Made by a program: the position numbers and the translations under genes. DNA of 64,000 nt, from NCBI GenBank assembly GCA_048940445.1, contig JBHLON010000004.1:32001-96000 (forward strand). The letters are read 5' to 3'. This document shows, in pieces, positions 41,136-50,804 of the stretch (positions are counted from its first letter, which is position 1; the number at the start of each line of letters is the position of its first letter). The notes below the pieces were generated by a model. That model was not told where the DNA came from and did no database searches. It worked only from the letters and a program-made list of their open reading frames with translations. This DNA comes from Promethearchaeota archaeon (GTDB taxonomy: Archaea; Asgardarchaeota; Lokiarchaeia; Sigyniarchaeales; SOKP01).

Positions 41136-42833
41136 ATGCTGAAAAAAAAAGCTCAAATTGTTACAGTTGTATTGTTTATTTTGAGCATTTGTGTAATATC
41201 AATTTATCAGACTTATCCTAATCCACAAGTTGGTTTTCTAGATAAAAATACTGATGTAAAATCTCAAATATTCTCTAAAGAAGATTATTCACCTATTATT
41301 AAAGAAGAGAAACAAGCATTAGGAAATATAAGTGTAATAAGCCTCAATTTTAATCAAAAAGGTTTTTTTAATAACTCCAAAAAGTACCCCAATCTTGATG
41401 ATGATTTAACTTCTGGAGCTCTCAATATGTCCTTTCTTGGGATTAATTTTATTGAAACGAAGAATCCAGCTCAAGTTGACAATCTGGATAAAGAGATTCA
41501 AGATTCAAATCGTATTACGGTTATATTAAACGAATCCATTAATGTGGTTTATGATATCTCTATTCCCAATGCAGAAGGATACTTAGTCTATGGCTCTAGA
41601 TTGTTTCCCTGCAAATTGAAACAATTATGGTTAACAAATGAATCCATGAGTACTCAAGAGGTTCCTAATAAAGATTATTCCACGGATTCATTTAATTTCT
41701 TGGTTTTTGATTATCTTCAATATTTTGGCACCACTCGTAATAATTTCACAATGCACCTTATATGGGAATACAATTTAACGGTTAGAGATTGGGTATTATA
41801 TCAAGACTCAGAAGATATGATCTTAGTTAAATATCAACAACAAGAAATCAAATCCTTATTCTATTACAATTTCAGCATTCTTGGTCAAAAACTTACGAAC
41901 CTCACAGTTAAGAAAAGTTCTGATAACCTTGATGTTAAATTGAAGTTAAACCTCCCAGACAAAGATGATCTCTATGGACACACTCTAAAAGTCGGTCCTG
42001 ATAATATTAACAATTTTTTAAATACAGATAATTCAATCAATATATCAACCGTAGCAGATCGAAAGCTAGTAAGTCTAACATTTAATGCTAACTATACTAT
42101 TGAATTTATTAACTCCGTTGAAAATACATGGGCAATAGACCGATTAGTAAAAGATACTAATATACGGGAACGAATATATTTCCCTTCCTTAATTGGTGGA
42201 CCAAAACATATCCTGTTAAAATATCTCATGATTCATGAAGATACAATTACCGTGGATCAAGTAGTCTCAAATTCCTCTTTATTTTCAAGAGAAGTTCAAT
42301 ATTTTGATCTTAATGTATCAAATGTAATGGAAGATTTTCAAAAAAGTTTAATATTTACACAAGATGCTGTAAAGAAACTTGGATTAAAGATAATACTTCC
42401 TTATCTCATTTTAGGAGAAACTGATCCTGTAATAATAAGATATGATGCTTCCAACGATCTAATTATTAGAATTACAGATAATATTAATATGCCTTTAGTG
42501 GGAGTTAACATTGAATTATATTATTACCAAAAAAGTTATGGTACATATATATCTAATGATTTAAATCAGAAGATTTCACCCCAATTTACAGATGAAAATG
42601 GAGAGATAATAATTAGAAATGTTCCTAATGGTAATTATATTGTTAGAATATATGACTCTTCGAGACTTATAAAAGAGGCTACTGTAAGTGCTAATAATGA
42701 AATTAATGTGGTTAGAACTGATGAAATCCATTTTCCATTAATTATTTTAATATTTCTTTTAATCAGTGGTATATTTGTATTATTAGGTTTGATTTCTTAT
42801 ATTCAACAAAAAAAACGTCGAAATCTTAAATGA
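41136..42833 (+). CDS. surface glycoprotein-like protein (N-terminal signal/anchor, C-terminal TM, carboxypeptidase-regulatory-like domain)
   Basis: Many NxS/T sequons, TDENG..NVPNGNYIVRI, C-terminal hydrophobic helix followed by KKRR. Confidence 0.7.
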   Translation: MLKKKAQIVTVVLFILSICVISIYQTYPNPQVGFLDKNTDVKSQIFSKEDYSPIIKEEKQALGNISVISLNFNQKGFFNNSKKYPNLDDDLTSGALNMSFLGINFIETKNPAQVDNLDKEIQDSNRITVILNESINVVYDISIPNAEGYLVYGSRLFPCKLKQLWLTNESMSTQEVPNKDYSTDSFNFLVFDYLQYFGTTRNNFTMHLIWEYNLTVRDWVLYQDSEDMILVKYQQQEIKSLFYYNFSILGQKLTNLTVKKSSDNLDVKLKLNLPDKDDLYGHTLKVGPDNINNFLNTDNSINISTVADRKLVSLTFNANYTIEFINSVENTWAIDRLVKDTNIRERIYFPSLIGGPKHILLKYLMIHEDTITVDQVVSNSSLFSREVQYFDLNVSNVMEDFQKSLIFTQDAVKKLGLKIILPYLILGETDPVIIRYDASNDLIIRITDNINMPLVGVNIELYYYQKSYGTYISNDLNQKISPQFTDENGEIIIRNVPNGNYIVRIYDSSRLIKEATVSANNEINVVRTDEIHFPLIILIFLLISGIFVLLGLISYIQQKKRRNLK

Positions 42834-43159
42834 TTGTTATTTTTATTGATAATCTAGAGAATTTCATTGAATTTTTAAAAAATAGGATAATGGATGAGAT
42901 TTTCTTTGAATTTAAACAGAATAATAGTCAATCAGATTTAAGTAGTGAAGTGAAAATTGATATAATCCTTCATTTTTTGGCTAAAATTGATGGTAGTTTA
43001 ATGTTATATGAGACAAAATTAATATTAAATAAACCAATTAGTTCCAATATTGATGAAGAGGTTTTGAATTCATTAAGGTCTATTTTTAATCAAGTAGATC
43101 CTTCGATAACGCTTGTTAAAGGGAAAATTAGAGAAATTTTTCTATCCTATTCTTCTTAA
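42830..43159 (+). CDS. hypothetical protein
   Basis: 109-aa ORF translationally coupled to the upstream gene. Confidence 0.6.
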   Translation: MIVIFIDNLENFIEFLKNRIMDEIFFEFKQNNSQSDLSSEVKIDIILHFLAKIDGSLMLYETKLILNKPISSNIDEEVLNSLRSIFNQVDPSITLVKGKIREIFLSYSS

Positions 43160-43165
43160 AAAGGT

Positions 43166-44734
43166 TCATGAATTAGTATTTACTAATTCTCCATAACCTA
43201 TCAATCTATATCTTCGATTTATTATCCTTGAAATTGCAAAGACAAAATCTTTAGGAACACAAATTGGAGGATTCAATTGTAAGATATAAGAATTTTTTAG
43301 AATTTTAGTTATTGTTCCACCTGTTTTCTCAGTACCGACGACAAGTAGGAGCTTTTCGTTATGTTTAAGCTCGGTAACTTTGATTTGCATTTCTGAACCT
43401 ATAACTCTCTCAAGTAAATGGACTTTAAGCTCGACTTCTGAAATTACATCCGGCAATGTACCAGGTATTCCGACTAAATGCCCTATTAGTGAATCTCCTT
43501 TAGTTAATGCTGGATCCAGCTTTGTTCCTAAACCAATTAATCCTCCAGGCTTAGCTTCATTTAAAAGATTCATTCCCTGACTTATACTGACTATTTTAGA
43601 CTTAATAGGAGAATAACTGTTTTTAATTTTTATACCGGGTCGAATCTCGATCTCATCACCGACATTTACCTTTCCTTTTAATACTGATCCTCCAATAACT
43701 CCACCCCTTAATTTTTCTATATCTGTCCCTGGCTTGTTAATATCAAAAGATCGGGCTATTAGAAACTCAAAGTCCTCATCTTTGCTTAATGTTGGAGTTG
43801 GAATTACTTCTTCAAATGCCTTAACTACTAAATCAATATTAGAGCCAAATACAGCTGAGACAGGTAAGATCGGGGCATTTTCAATAGGTGTTCCATTAAG
43901 GAATTTTTTAATTTGTTTATAGTTTTCTAATGCTTTTTCTTTAGATACCGCATCAATTTTATTCTGAATTACAATTACATTTTCTATTCCAGCAATATTC
44001 AAAGCAGCAAGATGTTCTCGAGTCTGAGGTTGAGGACATGACTCATCAGCTGCTACTAATAAACAGGCTCCATTCATTAGGGAAGCTCCACTGAGCATTG
44101 TAGCCATCAATATTTCGTGTCCAGGAGCATCAACAAATGAGATATTTCTTTTGAATTCTAAGTTTCCTTCGCATTTATTACAACTATAAGCAGGTTGTCC
44201 TTCCTTATGATTTTTTTCTGCCATATAGGACGTTAGGTACTCATCACATTCAGGACAATATAAAATTGTTGCATTAGAATAGCCCAATTTTATAGATATT
44301 CCTCTCTCCTTTTCCTCAGAATGTCTATCTGTCCAATCTCCAGTAAGGGATTTTACTAATGTTGTTTTCCCGTGATCTACATGTCCAACTAAGCCGACAT
44401 TGCATTCTGCTTGTTGTTTCATTAACTTTACTAACTCTTTTGCTTTTTCGCGGGAATATTTTTTAGAAGGCTTTTTTTCTACTTTCGATTCAGTCTCTAA
44501 GGGCACTTCTTCCTTTAATGTTTCAAGTTTTTCTTTCTCCTTAGAATCTAGTAATTCTTTTGCATTAGAAATGTATTTAATTGCTGTAGATTCTCCTACT
44601 CCTTTTATTTTGATTTTTATTAGATCTTCAGGCCTACATGAAGCTAATTTTTCAACTGAGTCTATACCTGCTGCTTTCATACGTTCAGCAGTAGTTTTTC
44701 CTATTCCTGAAATATCTTCTAAATGCAGCGTCAT
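43166..44734 (-). CDS. eif2g: translation initiation factor 2 subunit gamma with N-terminal helix-hairpin-helix extension
   Basis: GHVDHGKTT, RGISIKLGY, CPEC/CNKC, DAPGHE, PQPQTREH, NKID, RSFDINKPG, RLIGYG; N-terminal ISGIGKTTAERMKAAGI..IKGVGESTA. Confidence 0.95.
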   Translation of the reverse strand: MTLHLEDISGIGKTTAERMKAAGIDSVEKLASCRPEDLIKIKIKGVGESTAIKYISNAKELLDSKEKEKLETLKEEVPLETESKVEKKPSKKYSREKAKELVKLMKQQAECNVGLVGHVDHGKTTLVKSLTGDWTDRHSEEKERGISIKLGYSNATILYCPECDEYLTSYMAEKNHKEGQPAYSCNKCEGNLEFKRNISFVDAPGHEILMATMLSGASLMNGACLLVAADESCPQPQTREHLAALNIAGIENVIVIQNKIDAVSKEKALENYKQIKKFLNGTPIENAPILPVSAVFGSNIDLVVKAFEEVIPTPTLSKDEDFEFLIARSFDINKPGTDIEKLRGGVIGGSVLKGKVNVGDEIEIRPGIKIKNSYSPIKSKIVSISQGMNLLNEAKPGGLIGLGTKLDPALTKGDSLIGHLVGIPGTLPDVISEVELKVHLLERVIGSEMQIKVTELKHNEKLLLVVGTEKTGGTITKILKNSYILQLNPPICVPKDFVFAISRIINRRYRLIGYGELVNTNS

Positions 44735-44839
44735 TCCAAATTAACTATGAGTTCTTCTAATTATAGTATCTAAGAATTTATATGTTGTATTTTATAATAA
44801 ATTAATTGTTAAATATAAGATTTTTAGAAAAATATCTTG

Positions 44840-45061
44840 TTATAGGGTTGTTATTGTTTTAATTGCACCACTTTTCTTTTCAAGCTCATAATATGAGATT
44901 TGTAAGAGACTATCAACATAAAAAGTAGATATTTTGCCACATGTTTCATTATTATGATGAATATATACAGGAGCAGGATATTGAGAACAATCTATATCTT
45001 CTTTTTCAATTTTAAATATAATTTTTTGATTACAATGAGGGCAAATATAGAATCGAATCAT
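44840..45061 (-). CDS. small putative metal-binding protein
   Basis: CPHC..YPAPVYIHH..CG..FYVD. Confidence 0.6.
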   Translation of the reverse strand: MIRFYICPHCNQKIIFKIEKEDIDCSQYPAPVYIHHNNETCGKISTFYVDSLLQISYYELEKKSGAIKTITTL

Positions 45062-45170
45062 TTTATATTTTAATACCAGTCTTATTTTTAATTATTAATA
45101 ATATTAGAAAATATATTATTTACTTTAAAAATAAATAAATATCGAATTGATTTTACTATAATAATCTAAG

Positions 45171-47312
45171 ATGAAGTATTTTAATTTAAAGAAAAACATA
45201 AAATTAGTAGGTATAATTTTAATTCTATTAATTCCCATTTCATTTAGGTTTAGAAACAATTATACTGATAAAAATATAATTTATCCAAACTTAAACCTTT
45301 TAAACTCATCCAATAACGTACCTAATATAGATCTCTCTAAATTGCCTGGAATTGATTATGAATCTTGGTATAAACCTAAGATTGAAATGTTGGTTATTAC
45401 TCCCCCTAATGAAGACTTTATCAACGCAGTCTCTCCATTAGTGGAATGGAAGAATAGTAAAGGTCTAAAAACCATAATATTAAGTAATTATTCTGAATAT
45501 CCTGGAAGAGATGATGCAGAACGAATCAGAAATATGATAAAATATTACTATGAACATGAAAATGTTAAATGGGTTCTTCTAGCAGGTGATGCGAAGAATA
45601 ATTTAATTCCCATAAGATATGTCTATAACCCCGATGTAATTGTAGTTGGAGGTGGAGAAAGTGAATACTTAAACTGGGATGATTACTATAAACCTACTGA
45701 CTTCTATTATGCTGATTTAACTGGGTCATGGGATGATGATAACGATAATAATTTTGGAGAATCTGCAAAGTACAATCAGAATGGAATAGATGAAATTAGT
45801 TGGACTCCAGAAGTCTATGTGGGGCGTTTTCCTGCAAATACCGCTACTGAACTCGCAATAATGGTTAATAAGAGTTTAGAATATGAATCCAATCCGTATA
45901 TTGGAAATTGGATGAATTCCATGCTATTAGCGGGTGGAATATCTGAGTACACTCCAGATGAAGATGAGGCGAGGCTAACCGAATATATTTGGACAAATTA
46001 TGTATTATCTGAAATGAATTTTACAAATCTATATAAGACTACTTCAAGTTTTACACCAACCACTCCCCCATATCCTAATAATCAAACAGAATTAAACACT
46101 TCCAATTTTGATGCTTTATTTGACAAGGGTTATTCTACAGTCATGTTTGCAGGGCATGGAGATCCGACGAAATTTACCAGTTTACCCTCTTATTTTATAG
46201 TATATAGTAATAATGATGCTACATCAAGCGAAAATATAGGTAAACCTTCATTGGTTTATGCTGATGCATGTACAACCTCTTCTTATGATAAAAATGATAA
46301 TAGTATAGGAGAGGTTTTAATAAAAAGAGAAGATGGGGGAGCAATCGGTTATATAGGAGGTCTTAGAGTCACTTGGTATGTGAATAATGATACTAATTTA
46401 GAATATCTAAATCGTGGTAATGCAAAACTATTTTGGAAGACATTCTTTAATGAGAAATATTTTCAACAAGGAAAAGCACTATATGAATCTAAATTAGCGT
46501 ATATGAATTCAGATATATTTGTAAATGGTTCTTCGTCTATGTATTTTGAATGGCATCGAAAAAATATATTAAGTTACTGTTTATTAGGAGATCCGGAATT
46601 AGATGTTTATACAAATAGACCAAAAGAAGCGAGTAACATATTTAATTCATCTTATAGTGAAGGCCATTATATCTCATTAATTGTAAAAGATGTGAATAAT
46701 AAGTCAGTACCATATGCAAGCGTAAATTTAAGAACTCTTGATGGCAAATATAGAACATTCTATGCAGATAAATATGGATTGGTAAATATTAGATTGCCTC
46801 CTCAAGCAAATGAGGTTTATAATATAACAATCACAGGTCATAATCTTATCCCTACTTCCTTCACCTTTTCAACACATCCAGATAATTCTATACCAGAAAT
46901 CCGTCACATTGATTGGCTTCCAAAATCACCGTCTCTTTTAGATAATATTTGCTTTAATATAACAACTTATGATAATAGTTCTGGAGTTGAAAGTGTTTTT
47001 TTACTGTTATCTAAAAATAACTTTGAGGATTATACATATTATAAAATTGATAACGATAATATCCAAGATATCATAAATTTTGAATATGAACTTAATAAAC
47101 TTGATCCCGGGGAATATCGTTTTGCGATTGTAGCAAGAAATTATGCAAATAATTCTGAAATTTTATATCGTGAAAATTTTCAATTTACCATCCCGAAACC
47201 TTTAATGGATTACGTACTTATAATAACACTTTTATTAATAATTAGTCTTGTTGGAGTTTCATTTTTTGTGATATTTAAAGGAAACCAAAAGCAGAAAGAA
47301 ACATTAAGATAG
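45171..47312 (+). CDS. peptidase C25 (gingipain family), membrane-anchored
   Basis: LVEWKNSKG, VLLAGD, TDFYYADL, VYVGRFP, FAGHG (His), DACTT (Cys), LLGDPEL; N- and C-terminal TM segments. Confidence 0.88.
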   Translation: MKYFNLKKNIKLVGIILILLIPISFRFRNNYTDKNIIYPNLNLLNSSNNVPNIDLSKLPGIDYESWYKPKIEMLVITPPNEDFINAVSPLVEWKNSKGLKTIILSNYSEYPGRDDAERIRNMIKYYYEHENVKWVLLAGDAKNNLIPIRYVYNPDVIVVGGGESEYLNWDDYYKPTDFYYADLTGSWDDDNDNNFGESAKYNQNGIDEISWTPEVYVGRFPANTATELAIMVNKSLEYESNPYIGNWMNSMLLAGGISEYTPDEDEARLTEYIWTNYVLSEMNFTNLYKTTSSFTPTTPPYPNNQTELNTSNFDALFDKGYSTVMFAGHGDPTKFTSLPSYFIVYSNNDATSSENIGKPSLVYADACTTSSYDKNDNSIGEVLIKREDGGAIGYIGGLRVTWYVNNDTNLEYLNRGNAKLFWKTFFNEKYFQQGKALYESKLAYMNSDIFVNGSSSMYFEWHRKNILSYCLLGDPELDVYTNRPKEASNIFNSSYSEGHYISLIVKDVNNKSVPYASVNLRTLDGKYRTFYADKYGLVNIRLPPQANEVYNITITGHNLIPTSFTFSTHPDNSIPEIRHIDWLPKSPSLLDNICFNITTYDNSSGVESVFLLLSKNNFEDYTYYKIDNDNIQDIINFEYELNKLDPGEYRFAIVARNYANNSEILYRENFQFTIPKPLMDYVLIITLLLIISLVGVSFFVIFKGNQKQKETLR

Positions 47313-47473
47313 TTCCCATAGATGTATTGCCCAATTCTACTGGAAAATACTATGCTTTCAACTTTAACTTTTAAATTTAATGGTTTATAATGAAAAAATT
47401 TAATTAGTAGCTTTTATTAAATGTATTAACTTAAAACCATATAAGCAAGGTATTTTGAGAAAAAATAGCCAAG

Positions 47474-47482
47474 CTTATAAAA
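47474..47482 (+). promoter_or_regulatory. putative TATA box for the permuted 5S unit
   Basis: CTTATAAAA preceded by A-rich AAAAATAGCCAAG; the implied transcription start falls near the left arm of the processing stem. Confidence 0.4.
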
Positions 47483-47497
47483 TGGTCTTAAAGGATT

Positions 47498-47683
47498 TTT
47501 TAACCACAAAAATCCTATACATTTCGTAATGCGCTGGAAGTTAAACTGTTTTGCGTTGAAATTAGTACTGCAATTGAGATTTGTGGGAACTTTCTAACTG
47601 TGGCTTAGGCTACGGTCATGGTAAAACAGGAAAATACCTGGTCCCATCTGAACCCAGAAGCGCTAAAATTTTTGTGGTTAAAA
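47498..47683 (+). other. precursor processing stem with BHB-like motif enclosing the permuted 5S
   Basis: Perfect 16-bp inverted repeat TTTTAACCACAAAAAT (47498-47513) / ATTTTTGTGGTTAAAA (47668-47683); GCG-CTGG-AAG (47531-47540) paired with CCAG-AAG-CGC (47654-47663). Confidence 0.75.
47540..47659 (+). rRNA. rrf: 5S rRNA, circularly permuted gene (3' half 47540-47604, TTAG linker, 5' half 47609-47659)
   Basis: 5' half GCTACGGT-CAT-GGTAAAACAGG-AAAAT-ACCTGG-TCCCATCTGAAC-CCAGAA; 3' half GTTAA-ACTGTTTTGC-GTTGAAATT-AGTA-CTGCAA-TTGAGAT-TTGTGG-GAA-CTTTCTA-ACTGTGGC. Helices I-V, loop C (CCCATxxGAAC) and loop E (AGTA/GAA) are all recoverable. Confidence 0.85.
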
Positions 47684-47791
47684 GACTATTTCATAATATC
47701 TCTACTTCTAATCAAGGGAAGAATAATTTTTTTAAATGTTCTTTAATAAAATATTATATTATCGAATTATTCTTTTACTGAAAGGTGTGTT

Positions 47792-48334
47792 ATGCCGAAA
47801 AATTTAACAGTAATTTTAAAATCAATTGGAAGGAAATGGTTTTTCATTCTAGTTATCATTATCATTATAGTTGCTGTATTCGATCTTCAATTAGGTATCT
47901 GGATAACAGTAATTACATTGATCTTATATGGACTTTCATATATTCCGAATTTGTTATTTAGTAATAAACTTAAAAGATTTCTTAAGAACCAGAACACTAT
48001 AGATGATAAGATGATTTCAAGACAATTAAAAAGGAAGTATGAAGAAATACAGAAAAGGTTGTTTAAATTATCCCAAAATCAAAAAAAGGAAAGTTGGTTA
48101 ATAGTATTTCTAAACAAGCAATACATATTTTACAATGGAAAAATAATTGAGACATTTAAAGAACTTTATGAAAAAGGATTTGGAGAAAAAGAGATTTTAG
48201 AGGAACTTCAAAAAATTAACGTTAATACTCGTGCGGAAATTAAAGCGATAGAAGAAACTCTCATTAAAAATGATAGATTAAACGAGAGAATTGTTTCAGT
48301 TAAAGAATTTAGAGATAAAAAGAAATTTGGTTGA
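47792..48334 (+). CDS. membrane-anchored hypothetical protein
   Basis: Two N-terminal TM helices and a charged cytoplasmic domain. Confidence 0.68.
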   Translation: MPKNLTVILKSIGRKWFFILVIIIIIVAVFDLQLGIWITVITLILYGLSYIPNLLFSNKLKRFLKNQNTIDDKMISRQLKRKYEEIQKRLFKLSQNQKKESWLIVFLNKQYIFYNGKIIETFKELYEKGFGEKEILEELQKINVNTRAEIKAIEETLIKNDRLNERIVSVKEFRDKKKFG

Positions 48335-48339
48335 CATTT

Positions 48340-49998
48340 TTAATCTAATTTTTTAGTTTTTAGATTTCTTAGTATCAGAACGGCCAATTCTGTTCTACCA
48401 TCAAGATTTTGAGCGGCACTACTGGAGGTGCACCAGGCAAAAAAGTTATCTCCGGTAACATCTTTTAAATTTAGTTCCCTCTCGTGAATTTTACTATCAA
48501 TGAAAGTTTTTTCAGCAATACACATTTTGCATTTATTTTTTAGATCCATCAGAGCTTCATAGCATTTCTTTCCAACTGTTTTTGACCCAAATTTACTTTT
48601 TGCCACATTATTGCACCAAACAATATTAAAACCTTTATCGATTAAACATATCGGATCTGTTAATGAAGTAATTATCCCCGCTAATAATTGATTACTATTT
48701 TTTAGCGTTTCTTCAGCCCATTTACGTTCCAATGCACCTCCAATAATTTCAGAGGATGTTTTAAGTAAAGAAAAGTCTTCTTTATTCCAAATTTTCATTT
48801 TTTCCATATTATCAAATCCTATAAATCCATATAATTCCCCCTTAATGGTTACAGGAAAAGCTAAAAAAGACTTAATTTGTAAACTCTCTAACTTTTCCTT
48901 CGTCGACAAAGCATCATCAGTAAGGATAGAAGTATCAGGGATATAAACAAAACCTTGTTCTCTGCATTGAGAAAGACACCAAGGATATTGTTCAATATGT
49001 ATAACTATTGAATCTAAATGTTTAGGTTCGGTATTTTCAATACACCACTGTTGAGTAAAAAATTCTAATGAATTTTCTTCATTAAACAATAGGAGATAAG
49101 CACGGTTTGCTTCTAACAATCTTCCCATTTCTATTAATGATAAATTAATAGTCATATCGATATCAACATTCCCTATAAGTCTAGAAGAGATGGTCGATAA
49201 GAAGGATTCAATTTCTAATTTTCTTTTGATTGTCTCATCAAATTTCTTTTGTTCAGTAATGTCATTAATAATTGATTGTAGCAATTTTTTTTTCCCTAAT
49301 TTAAGAATTGATAAATTAGATAGAATCCATGCATCTTCACCATTTTTTTTTGTAATTTTAAGCTCAAGCGGCTCTAAAAATTCACCATCTAATGTATTTT
49401 TATACCTTGATTTGAGAATAGAGAGAAATTTTTTCCCGTACATTGTTAATTGCAAATAATTTTTCCCAATCAGATCTTGTTTCTCATATCCAAATAATCT
49501 AGTAGTTGAGATATTACAGTCTAAGATTTTGCCCTTTAAATCGATTAAAATAATTCCATATGGTGATTTTTGGAAGAGATGTCTGAATTTTTCTTCTGAT
49601 CTTTTGAGTTCCTTCTCGATCCTTTTTCGATTAGTTATATCTTCTGTATGAACTACAACTAAATCAGGAGCTACAAAATAGTATCTAATAGATAAATATA
49701 GTCTCTTATTAGTACTTTTCATTGTATACTTTAACTCTTTTACACTTCCCTTCTGTTCTGTTATACATTTTTGGAACTCTTTTAAAAGCTCAGGTTTATT
49801 CTCATAAAAGAATGAAGCTTTCTCACCTAAGAAGTTTTTTATTTTACCATTAGTGGCTTTTTCGGCAGCTATATTGTATTCGATAAGGATAAACTCATCT
49901 CCTACTTTCTGCCAGACATAGGTAGGAATAGGGAGGTTATTAAAAAAGTCTTCTATTTTTATTTCTGTTGCAAAAAGTTTGCTTTCAATAGATTCCAT
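48340..49998 (-). CDS. PAS-PAS-GAF-PAS sensory protein without output domain
   Basis: EDITNRKRIE, SEEKFRHLFQKSPYG, NDITEQK, GAF (AFPVTIKGELYGFIGFD), terminal PAS (GKKCYE..C..C). Confidence 0.85.
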   Translation of the reverse strand: MESIESKLFATEIKIEDFFNNLPIPTYVWQKVGDEFILIEYNIAAEKATNGKIKNFLGEKASFFYENKPELLKEFQKCITEQKGSVKELKYTMKSTNKRLYLSIRYYFVAPDLVVVHTEDITNRKRIEKELKRSEEKFRHLFQKSPYGIILIDLKGKILDCNISTTRLFGYEKQDLIGKNYLQLTMYGKKFLSILKSRYKNTLDGEFLEPLELKITKKNGEDAWILSNLSILKLGKKKLLQSIINDITEQKKFDETIKRKLEIESFLSTISSRLIGNVDIDMTINLSLIEMGRLLEANRAYLLLFNEENSLEFFTQQWCIENTEPKHLDSIVIHIEQYPWCLSQCREQGFVYIPDTSILTDDALSTKEKLESLQIKSFLAFPVTIKGELYGFIGFDNMEKMKIWNKEDFSLLKTSSEIIGGALERKWAEETLKNSNQLLAGIITSLTDPICLIDKGFNIVWCNNVAKSKFGSKTVGKKCYEALMDLKNKCKMCIAEKTFIDSKIHERELNLKDVTGDNFFAWCTSSSAAQNLDGRTELAVLILRNLKTKKLD

Positions 49999-50184
49999 TT
50001 AAAATCTTATTTAGGTTATTCAGTTTTTTTATAATTTTAATGAATTAGAATTATGTAGCATTTAATTTAATTTTATATGCACTTATTTATTACTAGCTTT
50101 GGATATTTAAGAATTTCTAATTTGAATTTTTTAGTATAAAAAAAATGGTTGAATCTCAATATTATAAGGAAAAAAAAGTCAAAA

Positions 50185-50472
50185 TTAGATATCAAGATCT
50201 CCAAATGTGTAGTGTTTTCTTATCGGTTTCTTAACATTCCATACACATTTTAAACCTTTTGGAAATTGGACTAAATCTCCTTTTTTAAACTCAATTTTTT
50301 CTCCTGTTGATGAATCTGTGACCTCAACTTCCCCATCTAATATATAGCAGGTTTCCGTATCTTTATATGACCAATCAAAAACACTTTTTTCTTTTTCCCA
50401 GATCTCCCAAGATTTGACTTTTAGATTGTTTAATTCTTCTTCTGTTGGTTTCTTTTTTTTCATATATATCAC
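50185..50472 (-). CDS. cupin domain protein (DUF861/EutQ-like)
   Basis: WEIWEKE..FDWSY..ETCYILDGEV..KGDLVQFPKG..WNV. Confidence 0.88.
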   Translation of the reverse strand: MIYMKKKKPTEEELNNLKVKSWEIWEKEKSVFDWSYKDTETCYILDGEVEVTDSSTGEKIEFKKGDLVQFPKGLKCVWNVKKPIRKHYTFGDLDI

Positions 50473-50599
50473 CTTGACATTTATTTATACTATTAGTATG
50501 AAACTTATATATCAAAATCTTTATATTTTACTTTTTTACTTAAATTTTGAATTTTAATTTATATGTAAACAAATCCAAAAAATAAAAAATAAAAATTTT

Positions 50600-50627
50600 T
50601 ATCTAATATCTAATATCAAATATCTAA
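50600..50627. repeat. 7-bp tandem repeat x4
   Basis: TATCTAA TATCTAA TATCAAA TATCTAA. Confidence 0.5.
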
Positions 50628-50804
50628 CAAAATAAGTATTAAACTTTAAATCAATAAAAAAGTAAATAGTCATTGAAGAATTAAATTTCAAATTGTAAAA
50701 GGAGTAAGATATAAGATTCTTTAAATTAAAATACCACCCAAATTAAAAAAGTAAGCAAAACATAATAATACTTCATATAAAATATGTGAATAGGTTAAAT
50801 AGTC

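Noticed and set aside
47540-47659. Interpretation as two broken remnants of tandem 5S genes
   Set aside because: The halves are complementary and non-redundant, total about 116 nt, keep all helices and are enclosed by a perfect inverted repeat with a BHB-like junction. Not fully excluded without expression data
47581-47781. 66-aa ORF from the ORF track
   Set aside because: Overlaps the 5S rRNA sequence and its processing stem; no protein features
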